The notes beneath the pieces were generated by a model. That model saw nothing but the letters and a program-made list of their open reading frames with translations, searched no databases and was not told the DNA's origin. The position numbers and the translations under genes are program-made. A stretch of DNA of 63,893 bases, counting the filler, from Perkinsus chesapeaki ATCC PRA-425 (lineage: Eukaryota > Protista > Perkinsozoa), in NCBI GenBank assembly GCA_013115145.1. It is 11 parts of 11 records of this genome, joined end to end, with 100 filler letters (N's around TTAATTAATTAA, not from the genome) between each part and the next. Parts side by side here need not be neighbours in the genome. Positions count along the whole stretch, not along the records: positions 37,855 to 44,478 come from JAAPAO010001071.1; positions 44,579 to 46,965 come from JAAPAO010001620.1; positions 47,066 to 52,326 come from JAAPAO010001177.1; 8 more parts are not named here. The stretch is one strand, 5' to 3'. Shown here in pieces: positions 38,326 through 48,108 of this stretch (its first letter is position 1; each line of letters starts with the position of its first letter).

Positions 38326-41300
38326 TTATGGATCGAGATTCTGAGCCTCTTGAATGTCGGCCAACAAATGCTCGTCTATAATATCTCTTATGATCAATTC
38401 GTCCTCATCCAGGGGGTCGACCACTTGATTCGGAACCGATGGGATAGCGGCTCGTTCAGCAGGAACCGATCCTGGCTCTACCACATCCTCTTCTGGGGCG
38501 GCAGCTTCAGCCATTGGATCCAGGCCATCGTCACTACCACTATCCTCATAGGAATCAATGAAGTCCTCCGGCGGCAGGTAGGGCTTGAGGTTAAAGAAGC
38601 CTTCGAGATATTTTAGAGGGCGGCCATCAAGATGCTCCAACTTATACATAGTACCAGAGTCAGATACTTGCACTACGCGATAGGGACCAGCCCAAGATGA
38701 TGCTTGTTTCATCGAGCCTCTTCGAAATCTCAGCACTAGATTCCCAACTTGATGATGTAATCGTTGAGTCTTAGGCATGGGCAACTTGGATACGCGTTGC
38801 CGTATGCGATCAGATCTCTCCAACCACAATAACCAAAACTCCTTCATAGATTGGCATCGTCTAGTAGCCACCTCTTCGGCCAAATCCTTCAAATCTTTCT
38901 TGAGGTACTCCTTCTGGGGGTGGAGAATAGAAACTGAAGGTAACCATTGCTCCAGCTTATCAGCGGTGGTCTGGTAGTCTATGGTGTTCTCCTTAGCACT
39001 CGGATACCTCGGCCTCCGACAAAAATGAAGTTCATGAGCAGAGAGACCGCCAAGAGAATCCAGCGGCAGACGGTTGACAGCGCTGATGCCTTCGGCCACG
39101 ATGGTAGTCAGGGGTGTAGGACAGGGGGCACCGTCTTGCTCTCTCAACCTTGTACGGATCTGATCCAATAACAAGCCATGAATGCGCTCATGAAATCCAC
39201 CATAGCCACGGGCTTCTCGAGGCAACCAACATGTAGCAACGGACCATTTACGACAGAACAACAAGTAGGCCTCGGAGGTGAATACCACTCCGGGATCAGA
39301 TACCAGGCAGGCTGGAATTCCCATAGTAGCAAAGTGGCGCTCCAGAACCTTTATGGTTGCTTCGGCCGTAGGGGAGGTCAACACCTCATAATCCAGGCTG
39401 TAGCTGACAGGGTCGAACAAAGTAAGGATCCACCTCTTATTATCACGCCCATGCCAGGCTGGATCGTAGAGCGGACCTTGAAAGTCAACAACACGGACTT
39501 GACCTGTGTCAAAACTAAGTCCGGCCGGTCTAGTGGCAGCGTTGACGTTGCGGTAAGCTCGACGACAACGGGACAGTTGACAGGGCCGACAGTGAGCAAC
39601 CATACGACGGAGATGACTCCTGATCTTGGGGGTGAAGTAGTGAGCTTGATACAACGTGAGCAACTTGGTGGCAGAGACATGTCCCATAGAGTCGTGGAGG
39701 TTTTGGAAGAGTGACAATACCTCCTTGCAAACAGGCAACACAGGAAGGGCCGTCTCCGCTCTGGTGTGGTCGTCCACTAGACTAGTAACACCGCAGTAGT
39801 AGAGAATGTCATCAACCATCTTGTAATACCGTAGATTGCCTGGCATCTCATTGACGGGGCCAGCCTGTAGAGTGCCAATAATGGAGCTAGTCTTGTGGTG
39901 CCGGCGCTGCATAACCTTAATGGATTCTTTGTCGAAATAGCAACCCAGATCCCTCAGCCGGGGATCTGAGTTACGAACATCCACGTCAATGGGAGTGCAC
40001 AGCTTTACATCCTTGGAGTCAACAAAGTCATAGGGGCGAACCGGGGGTGCTGAAGAGGGAGTAAATGAAGAGCCGGACTCGGCGGCGGCATCGATCGCCG
40101 AATGAACTTGTTCTGGAGTAGGAATCTTCGGTAGTGGGCCTTGATTACAGCGGGTTGCGACGTCAGCGGGGTTAACCGATCCGGGGACATGACAAACTTC
40201 CACTGTCTCGACGGTCTTGGCCAAATGGGACAGCTCCTGAGATGCGGACTTCAGACGACGAACCTCAAGCGGAGTTATCAACTTTAGCTTCAGCCCTAGA
40301 GTGGATCTTCTCAAACGGTATATGGAGACCTCAGAGTCCGAGAAGAACACTACTTTCTTAGGCAATTCACTCTTGGATAGGCGTGCCAGCTTCAAGACAT
40401 ACTCCGTGACCAACTGGACACTATCGCATAGAGAGATACACTCCTTCTTGGGAATACTCCACCGAGCTTGAGGGGAAGTCCACAGGTGGCTCATAGCAAA
40501 AATGCGATTGAAGTTGGAATCGTACATAGTCACCGCTTGAGAGTCACCCGACGCATCACAGAAACAAAAAATCTGGGAGATGTCGACATATCGAGGGGTA
40601 AGGGACACCAACGGAACCTCTTTAGCAATCTCGATGGCCGCAGCTTTTAACTTGTCCGAAATGGTCATAGGAACCATGGAGTCCCAGTCAGATGTAGAAG
40701 AACACACAGTTCTTAGCAGAACTCTCAAAGATGCGGCATACTCAACCACGAGTCCCAAGGGATCATACAGAGTCATCGCTACCTTGAAACAATCGCGTCT
40801 TGTGAGGCAAGGCTTCAACATGATCTCTGACGGTGGCTCGAAGATTACCGAAAAACAATCATTAGAGTAGCCGTACCCCAAATAAGTCGTATCATCATGG
40901 CACCAGGACAATATTCTCTTAATGGCATTGGAAGGGAAACCGTGGTGATCAAGCCCTTCGTCCAACTTGTTGGCATAATATAGGGCTTCCTCAACAGAGT
41001 CGCCTCTAGCGTGCGTGTCATCTACATAGATGCCCACGTGGGAGCTCAGAGGATCATTGTACTTGGAGTCAGCGCTAGTGTCCGAGTGATGTTGAGGAGA
41101 CGAAGCCGGGTCCAAATTTTCCTTGAAGCGGTTGTACTGGTCAAACAGCTGTGGCATCAGGGGATCCACGGCTGCGGCCTCCTCCAACGTCATATAACCA
41201 TCGTCATAGTCAATCAGAACCACAGCATTTTGTAAGGATTGTGCTAAGCCTCCCGGTGCAAAATTAGAGCCGAAATTCATCACTCTCCATCGGGCCTTGT

Positions 41301-41418
41301 GGATCTCCTCACCCAATTGAACGTACATACCAAAATAACAGGTATCCGGGCCATGTAAGACGATTCTATGGAACGCCTTCGAGATGTCGCCTATCACTAG
41401 GTACTTAGCCGTTCTCAT
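38326..41418 (-). CDS. Pol: reverse transcriptase, RNase H, integrase (HHCC, DDE, GPY)
   Basis: GDISKAF, FGSNFAP, YVDD; FCDAS, FSDSE, HVPGSVNPADVATR; HDSMGH..CRPC, VDFQGP, SDPG, GGFHER, WAGPY. Confidence 0.92.
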   Translation of the reverse strand: MRTAKYLVIGDISKAFHRIVLHGPDTCYFGMYVQLGEEIHKARWRVMNFGSNFAPGGLAQSLQNAVVLIDYDDGYMTLEEAAAVDPLMPQLFDQYNRFKENLDPASSPQHHSDTSADSKYNDPLSSHVGIYVDDTHARGDSVEEALYYANKLDEGLDHHGFPSNAIKRILSWCHDDTTYLGYGYSNDCFSVIFEPPSEIMLKPCLTRRDCFKVAMTLYDPLGLVVEYAASLRVLLRTVCSSTSDWDSMVPMTISDKLKAAAIEIAKEVPLVSLTPRYVDISQIFCFCDASGDSQAVTMYDSNFNRIFAMSHLWTSPQARWSIPKKECISLCDSVQLVTEYVLKLARLSKSELPKKVVFFSDSEVSIYRLRRSTLGLKLKLITPLEVRRLKSASQELSHLAKTVETVEVCHVPGSVNPADVATRCNQGPLPKIPTPEQVHSAIDAAAESGSSFTPSSAPPVRPYDFVDSKDVKLCTPIDVDVRNSDPRLRDLGCYFDKESIKVMQRRHHKTSSIIGTLQAGPVNEMPGNLRYYKMVDDILYYCGVTSLVDDHTRAETALPVLPVCKEVLSLFQNLHDSMGHVSATKLLTLYQAHYFTPKIRSHLRRMVAHCRPCQLSRCRRAYRNVNAATRPAGLSFDTGQVRVVDFQGPLYDPAWHGRDNKRWILTLFDPVSYSLDYEVLTSPTAEATIKVLERHFATMGIPACLVSDPGVVFTSEAYLLFCRKWSVATCWLPREARGYGGFHERIHGLLLDQIRTRLREQDGAPCPTPLTTIVAEGISAVNRLPLDSLGGLSAHELHFCRRPRYPSAKENTIDYQTTADKLEQWLPSVSILHPQKEYLKKDLKDLAEEVATRRCQSMKEFWLLWLERSDRIRQRVSKLPMPKTQRLHHQVGNLVLRFRRGSMKQASSWAGPYRVVQVSDSGTMYKLEHLDGRPLKYLEGFFNLKPYLPPEDFIDSYEDSGSDDGLDPMAEAAAPEEDVVEPGSVPAERAAIPSVPNQVVDPLDEDELIIRDIIDEHLLADIQEAQNLDP

Positions 41419-41430
41419 GAGATGGAGATT

Positions 41431-44163
41431 TCACAACAGGGAAGCCGGGAAGACGGTATCCATAGGCGGGTTCCCAGACCAACAGAGAGGATTGAGATCT
41501 TGTGAGGGGTCTACCACCAACCGGACTTTGGTGGACTTCGCTTGCTTGCGAACCACCGGAAATGACGGTAGGAAGGTAACCACTTCGTCGGCATCAGGAA
41601 CAATGAACTTCTCGTCGTAGAGGGTTTTGATGACTCCTATGTAGTCGCTCCTTTCTTCTGAGCTCAATCTAGCATCAGTGGCTACAGTCCTTCTAGCAGA
41701 GGTGACGTTATTCACACCATTGGGGCGTTCCGAGCTGTTCCAAGGAACGTGAAGGACATATCGGCCAAGCTTAGATGTTGGGGTCGGTGGAGCTAACTCC
41801 CAGGTGAAGGCTCTCGGAGGGACTGAAGAACCTTCGTAGGAGGGATGGGCATTTTCCAGATCAAGTAGATCCGGGGTCAGCAGACGACGATGCTTATCAG
41901 GAGGCGACTGGCTTAGAGAGATATCCTTGATCACATCGACTGGAACTTTTGGTGGCTCGTCGACTGAGTCCTCCACACCAACAGCTAGGTTACAAAGCTC
42001 TACCGCGTTATTACCAGGTTGATAAGGGGATCGACCTCGAGGTGTACAAACCGACAAGTGCTGAGACAAATCGATAGAGCGGCCACCCAGAATTAGTTGC
42101 CCTTTCCCGACGTGCCAGACAGCATTCAACTCCTTGAGGAACGAAGCGCTCAGTATTACCGGCCGAGTCAGATCAGTGGCCGATACTAGGAAATCGACTT
42201 TCACTTCGCAGCCTTGAGGAAGATGAACGGGAAGGGCCTTGATCATACCGAGGACGTTAGGCTTGGACCAATCGGCGGTCGTTAGAGTCAAGTGAGTGGA
42301 TTCAAGCACTACCGATCCCAGCCCCTTGAGGACCGAAGGGGAAAGCACCGAGATCTGGGCGCCAGTATCGATTAAAGCCTCAACCATAGTCTTATGGTCA
42401 CCGAGGGTCACCTCCAACACCGGATCTTCTGGAGTTACTGGACTGAGGCAGACGGCGGCGATAATTTTGGAAGTCGGCGTAGGAGCCTTGCAAGCCCAGG
42501 CCCCGTGATGTTTGCGGCCACACCGGGGGCAATCACAGTTGAAGGTATCATAGTCTTGGGGACACAGCTGGTACTCCGCATGCTTCAATCCACAGAACGG
42601 ACACCGACCTTCTGGTTGGGCTATCGGACCACAGCAGGTTACTGCTGCATGGCCACCTTCCTTGGCCAGACAGCGCCCACAGCGGGAAGAGATAACCAAG
42701 CGGTTGAACTCATCGGTGAGGATCTTAGCATCTTCACGGACCCTCTTGCTCCGAGGCGGCCACCTAGGCTTAGACGAGTTTCCATAGTTACCGTAACCAC
42801 CAGTCCTTTGACCGGAATGAGAGACTTCTGCAGAAAGGGCCGTAAGATTAACCTGCTTGTGATCCCAATGAGTCTCACACCAGGCTTGACAGGCTTCTGC
42901 CAACTTGGCGAAGGAAAGAACTCCTGGTTGGCGGTAACCCCTCTCATTAAGGTAAGTCTGACAGGCCGAGGGCATAGCCTGGTACAGTCTACATCTCTTC
43001 TCTTGTTCTGAGAGACTAGTTACACCTCTAGAACGAGCGAGTTCACGACCAACACTGTCGAAAGTGGACCAAAAGTCCAACCAGGTAAGTTCCTTGGCCA
43101 GCCACTGAGCACACCAACGTTCCTCAAGACGATCTCCATCACTCCCGGCATAGGTAGTCGTCAAGTAATTCCAAACTTGAGCAGAACCCTCCCGCCAATA
43201 TGGAGAATCTTTGCCGTAGGGATCGGAGAACCGAGTAACGTCAATAGGGTGGTCGTTTTCGTAACCGTCCACTAGAGACTGAATGGCGTCGGATAGATTG
43301 TGCTTGAGTAGGAAGTACTGAGTACAATCATCGGCCCACTTATAATCAGCCGATTGGAACAACTTGGAGCGGAACTCCAAGAGGCTAATGGAATCGTTGG
43401 TACCTTGCCAAGCTCTGCCAAGAACTTGTTTGAACCACATGACGTTGTTGTACACCTTCTGAACGTCCGACTTAGTGGACTTCTTTTTCCAACTACCGTC
43501 ATCAGAGCGGTACCAATCATCAGATTGTGACCATGACCAATCTGGATAGTGGGGACGAGAGTTGCCCTGATCATATCGAGCTTGTATCGCGGACCAGGGT
43601 TCGCCTCCTTGAGGGGCTATTCCTGGGGCCGAGGCGTAAGAAGCGGAGGGAGGGCTGTTGTCCGTTGGAGATGTAGACGTCTCAGGGCGATAGGGCATCC
43701 AAGTTGAAGGTCGGGATAGGGTTGTAGGACCAGAACGCACGTTGTTAGTACTAGTACTTGGAGGTAGGTTGAGGGCACTAGTGCCAGCCTGGTTCTGGTT
43801 TACAGAGACTCTCAAAGGGATAGACGCTTGGGGTTGGCGGAGTTGTCTACGTGTTTCATTGCCGAGTGGCAAGTTGTAGATCGAGAGATCATCGTTAGGC
43901 GGTAAGTTGTTGGCCGGGGGGTCGTCGTTGGACGGAGAGTTGTTGACCGGAGGGTCGTCGTTGGACGGAGAGTTGATGACCGGAGGGTCGCCGTTGGACT
44001 GAAAGTTGTTGACCGGAGGATCGTTGTTGGACGGAAAGCTGTTGACCGGAGGATCGTCGTTGGACGGGAAGTTGTTGATGGGAATCTCGTTGACCGGAGG
44101 GTCGTCGTTGGTGGGAATCTCGTTGACCGGAGGGTCGTCGTTTAAACGAGGGCTTCTTCTCAT
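41431..44163 (-). CDS. Gag (three Cys/His knuckles), aspartic protease and start of RT; same frame as pol, separated by one TGA
   Basis: CGRC..H..C, CPFC..H..C and CPRCGRKHH knuckles; LIDTGA protease; KVRLVVD...LNPL (BEL RT start). Confidence 0.9.
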   Translation of the reverse strand: MRRSPRLNDDPPVNEIPTNDDPPVNEIPINNFPSNDDPPVNSFPSNNDPPVNNFQSNGDPPVINSPSNDDPPVNNSPSNDDPPANNLPPNDDLSIYNLPLGNETRRQLRQPQASIPLRVSVNQNQAGTSALNLPPSTSTNNVRSGPTTLSRPSTWMPYRPETSTSPTDNSPPSASYASAPGIAPQGGEPWSAIQARYDQGNSRPHYPDWSWSQSDDWYRSDDGSWKKKSTKSDVQKVYNNVMWFKQVLGRAWQGTNDSISLLEFRSKLFQSADYKWADDCTQYFLLKHNLSDAIQSLVDGYENDHPIDVTRFSDPYGKDSPYWREGSAQVWNYLTTTYAGSDGDRLEERWCAQWLAKELTWLDFWSTFDSVGRELARSRGVTSLSEQEKRCRLYQAMPSACQTYLNERGYRQPGVLSFAKLAEACQAWCETHWDHKQVNLTALSAEVSHSGQRTGGYGNYGNSSKPRWPPRSKRVREDAKILTDEFNRLVISSRCGRCLAKEGGHAAVTCCGPIAQPEGRCPFCGLKHAEYQLCPQDYDTFNCDCPRCGRKHHGAWACKAPTPTSKIIAAVCLSPVTPEDPVLEVTLGDHKTMVEALIDTGAQISVLSPSVLKGLGSVVLESTHLTLTTADWSKPNVLGMIKALPVHLPQGCEVKVDFLVSATDLTRPVILSASFLKELNAVWHVGKGQLILGGRSIDLSQHLSVCTPRGRSPYQPGNNAVELCNLAVGVEDSVDEPPKVPVDVIKDISLSQSPPDKHRRLLTPDLLDLENAHPSYEGSSVPPRAFTWELAPPTPTSKLGRYVLHVPWNSSERPNGVNNVTSARRTVATDARLSSEERSDYIGVIKTLYDEKFIVPDADEVVTFLPSFPVVRKQAKSTKVRLVVDPSQDLNPLCWSGNPPMDTVFPASLL
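43891..44142 (-). repeat. About 33-bp coding tandem repeat (NDDPPVNxxPS, about 8 copies) at the Gag N-terminus
   Basis: Repeated GTTGACCGGAGGGTCGTCGTT units on the + strand. Confidence 0.9.
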
Positions 44164-44203
44164 ATAAAGTCTTCTTGGATCAGTGTTATGAATCCCGGTA
44201 GAA

Positions 44204-44406
44204 TGTCAATTTCAGGCAGGCGAAGCGTAGTTCTTAGACTAGATGAACACAAGTGCAGCAGCTGATGAGACGAAGAGCGCGAGCTCAAGTCACAAGAAAA
44301 CTAACTATACGTATACAATAATTGAATGCAGAACGTACTAGCGTCAGTACTGCAAAAACGGCTAGATACGTGGCGCAGCGAGGTGTCACCGAACGCTATA
44401 ACGTCA
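44204..44406 (-). repeat. 5' LTR (203 bp)
   Basis: Identical by eye to 37936-38138. Confidence 0.95.
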
Positions 44407-44478
44407 CTGTTTCCTCATTAGGGTTCGTGCACATTGCAGGAAAGCGATTAGCTATATTTCTGTGGGTGCTGTAGCTAT

Positions 44479-44578
44479 NNNNNNNNNNNNNNNNNNNNNN
44501 NNNNNNNNNNNNNNNNNNNNNNTTAATTAATTAANNNNNNNNNNNNNNNNNNNNNNNNNNNNNNNNNNNNNNNNNNNN
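44479..44578. other. Artificial contig spacer
   Basis: 44 N + TTAATTAATTAA + 44 N. Confidence 0.99.
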
Positions 44579-45410
44579 CTTAGAGATAAAGAACTGCTGA
44601 GGCTGAGGAGTCCTCAGTGAGGACATATGTCACCTTTCCCGAGATGATGATGAAGCCTTTCAGAAGAATGTTTCGGACCGATTGTAATGATCGAGTCCCG
44701 TGGCAGTACTCGACACGGTGGCGGCATACCTCCCCTTCCCTGTATTTCCCTTACGTGACAGAGGGACTTCCACCGAACAATTCTAAATATACAACACAGT
44801 GACCTCCAAGTGGGAGGCTCCCACCGCGGGAGTCACACAGTAGAAGGCCTAGGCTGCGCCCATTTTTATCCGTTTCTTCTCATTACACTCGTGTTCGAAG
44901 AACACGCAGTGTTGCGCAGTAAGACACCAAAGCAGAGTGCGAGCACTGTTATGGAGATAGAAGTTGTGTCGGCTGTTAGAGATGGCAGTGCCCGCTAGGC
45001 CGTGCGACAGGGTTTTGATACTGTGCGAGGGGTTCGCTATCCGTTTACGGATAACGGGGAGCGTTGAGGAAATGCAAGGTACCAATATTGAGTCACTGTG
45101 TCACAGTGACCATCAATGACCATCGCTTGACCATCGATCTTCCCGTTCAAGACCATCAAGTCACTGACTTGATGGTCAAGCCAGCCGGGTTCCCGTTCAA
45201 GACCCGAGGCTTCAATCCAACCCACAACAACCCGGCGGAAGTTCCACCGAGTGTAAGAGTCTTGCAGTAAGACAATCGGAGAGCCTCGGTCGATGTTAGG
45301 GCAAGTTCAGCCCTTGACGGTTTATACAAACTAACACTCGGTAGGAGCATAATCGGATTTGATCGCCAAGGAGGGGGAATTGTGTTGACAATTCATGTTG
45401 ATAGCTTCTT

Positions 45411-45477
45411 ATTCCCTTGCGTCGCTGCTTATAACCAATAGGCAGCGACGCAAGGAGAATGCTAAAATAAGTACTAG
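45411..45477 (+). mobile_element. Possible Helitron 3' terminus (GC-rich hairpin followed by CTAG|T)
   Basis: CCTTGCGTCGCTGC (45415-45428) and GCAGCGACGCAAGG (45442-45455) form a perfect 14-bp stem. CTAG at 45474-45477 is followed by T. Confidence 0.35.
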
Positions 45478-46965
45478 TTGAATAAATTCACGGAACTGCT
45501 ATCGAATGTTGCTTCTATGCCCCTTTTTAAGAAGGTCGGATAACCAACACGAGAATTCAACTGGAGCTTGCAGGAAGATATTCCATAAAATACCATTTTG
45601 AAAATAGGTGGGGATAAAAACTGCACGGATAAACAGACACCCCAAAACGCATTAAATGCGCAACATCACATGAGCACAATTACAAGTCGACATGATGAGA
45701 TGATTTGAACTCAGATTTCAACGAGAGAAGAATTTCTTCTGCAAAAGCCACCTGAAGGGAAGTTGGTAACTGCGAGTGTATCGGTTGCACTGTATTGTGA
45801 TATTCCAGAAGAGAGTTTTCAAGGATCGATAACGTGGATCGATTCCCTTACAGTCTCTTTCATCATTGCGAGACACGGTTTCTCTTGCCAAGGGCATCCG
45901 GCAAAGTGACGAATGAAATCACCCGGTTGCCATTCGTAACTGCAAAGCACATTAATCAAGACGCCGAACCGCTCGCCTTCCCGTAAGTAAATCCTCGGAA
46001 ATTTCAAGGTTCTCTGTTATGGACACCGATGGGAGGAATGAGGCGGGAATGCGAACGAGTCACTTTTCGGGATACTCTCCGATGAGAGCATTTACATTCA
46101 ACATCCGTATGGAAGTCACAACTAACGATTAGTTTAACCTAGAAGTATCTTGATCACTCTAGGCGAAGATTTTTAGCCTAAAAAGCCAAAACCGAAGTTT
46201 CTTGGGGAGAATCTTACGCCATCCAATCGACGCTGGCAGGCGGAACGAAGGCGTTAAGGTGTCTCTGGTGGATGAAACGTATCTGCAGCGGCGCATATCC
46301 CGGGTTCGATTCCCAGCTAAAGAGTTATTCCGGCAGCAAAAGTCGCACTTGTTGGGGTGGTTGGAAGTCTTGGTCAAGGTCAGAGAAAAGATTCTCTCTA
46401 ATGGCTTCCCAAAAGAATTGGCTCTGATCCCAGGCAGTTGTGTATCTACCGTTTGGAAAGGTCCCGGAACAATCTCGTCACTCCCGAGCTTACGGAGCAA
46501 CGCTAACTCTTCTTAGATAATCTTTCGACCATTCGCTGTTTCCTCGGACCATGAACACTCCCGTGTTGATTCCGCCACTGTCTTCAGCGACTATGAAGTT
46601 GACGCCTGATAAAACAACAACCTGGTGGCCAGACCGGGTTGGAGAATGATTTATGCTTTCTTCGTATTTTGATGCTGTCTGTTGAGCACGTAATAGGCAT
46701 ATTTTCTCTCAACCTATCACAAACTGTAATGATAACTTGTTCAACAGTTCAATGATACAACCTTACAAGTAACGAGTGTGGTTACGTACAATGCATGTAT
46801 AATTGTAACATGTATAACTGTCAATGGAACGGTTGATCGATATCGCATTGGATTCTCCAAGTAAAAATACACATACCTTCCAAATTTGGCGTACTAAACC
46901 GGTCTACGGAGCGAGATAAGTGATCTTCGCTAGCTTGCATACCGAATTGGAAAACCCTGCATATT

Positions 46966-47065
46966 NNNNNNNNNNNNNNNNNNNNNNNNNNNNNNNNNNN
47001 NNNNNNNNNTTAATTAATTAANNNNNNNNNNNNNNNNNNNNNNNNNNNNNNNNNNNNNNNNNNNN
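46966..47065. other. Artificial contig spacer
   Basis: 44 N + TTAATTAATTAA + 44 N. Confidence 0.99.
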
Positions 47066-48108
47066 ATGACAGGGCTCCTTGCTCAGATTTCCTGAATGCC
47101 TTGAGAAATCGCCTCAGGCGCTTCCTGGCCTCTTGCTCTCGGAGTTCCTTCATTGCTTCTACCATCACCGTAGACTTCATCGCATGACACAAAGGCCTGA
47201 ACAGCGTATATCAGAGCCCATCCAGCCCTATATCAGCTGCCTTGATATACTCGTACTCATTTCCAAGCTTCGACCGCAGTATGTTAACCAGCATAGACTG
47301 CGATGAGAGTTCCCCCCTCCTCACCGCGCGGACTCTTAATGACACGTCGTGACTCAAGAGGAGCGAATCTCGCTTCCGGTTGTGAGATACTAGCATACAA
47401 CAACCCTTGTTAGGTTCAATAACTTTCGGGATCTCGTTGAGCATAGCCACTGCTGCCTCCGTAGAGGATGAACACATCATAGCATCAAGTGTACCCTTCT
47501 CGATGATCAAGTCGAATCGACGTCCTGTTTCAACCATGAGGCAACTCCAGAATTGACCCCCCTCACCGTTGAAGTATGCGCCCATCTTAGTCGCATCAAC
47601 ATTTAACCATTCAAGCTTAGTCCTCAGCTCTGCGTCTTCCATATAGTATCTGCCGCTGACTTTGTGCGGCTCTATGTTTTAACGAGACATGACTTCGCCA
47701 TGCCCTCAATTGCAACCGTTGACAGATCTATGCAGCACACGTGGCGGAAACCATGCTCCTTGACTAGCTCCTCTGGCAGCCGAGAGTTGCCGCAGCCAAT
47801 CATGAGCACCTGTGATCATATGCAGGCCACCATCGGACACGGCTCATTCTTTGCCTACGTCATTGATGCTCTCCGCTGGTGGGAGGAATTCACGCAGCTA
47901 GGCGTATCCCATATACCAGTCGAAGAACCTCACGCGTCTGAAGCCACAAAGAATTCGCTATATCTGACCCTGTATGAATCGATGAGAAGTCTGACAGCTC
48001 GCTTGCGGTGACGTACTGTTGCCCGATCTCCTCACTGAAACGGTCGTCCCAGAACTTCGCATCGGCGTAGCATTCCCGAGGGTATGTCGAAGGTGCATTG
48101 GATTCCAT
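47066..48108 (-). pseudogene. METTL13/EEF1AKNMT-ECE2-like SAM methyltransferase with an in-frame TAG; 3' end truncated by the contig edge
   Basis: YADAKFWDDRF, FDWYMGYA*LREFL (TAG at 47898-47900), VLMIGCGNSRL and FDLIIEKGTLDAMMC. Confidence 0.7.

Larger units (their letters stand above)
37936..44406 (-). mobile_element. Full-length BEL/Pao-type LTR retrotransposon (6471 bp)
   Basis: Two identical 203-bp TG...CA LTRs flank gag-PR-RT-RNaseH-IN in a single reading frame. Confidence 0.92.

Noticed and set aside
39178-43011. Plus-strand ORFs 39178-39714 and 42394-43011 inside the retrotransposon as antisense genes
   Set aside because: They overlap conserved pol/gag, have no recognisable motifs and are of a length expected for shadow ORFs.
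46300-46316. tRNA T-arm-like GGGTTCGATTCCC (similar bits near 1313 and 34597)
   Set aside because: No D-arm, anticodon arm or acceptor stem can be folded around them.
41431-47900. Genome-wide stop-codon reassignment (TGA=Trp, TAG=Gln) suggested by in-frame stops in pol and the methyltransferase
   Set aside because: Long genes here (579, 520, 910, 1030 aa) have no internal stops, and TAA, TAG and TGA all terminate recognisable genes (eIF3j, nucleoporin, CDK). Single transitions explain both cases.
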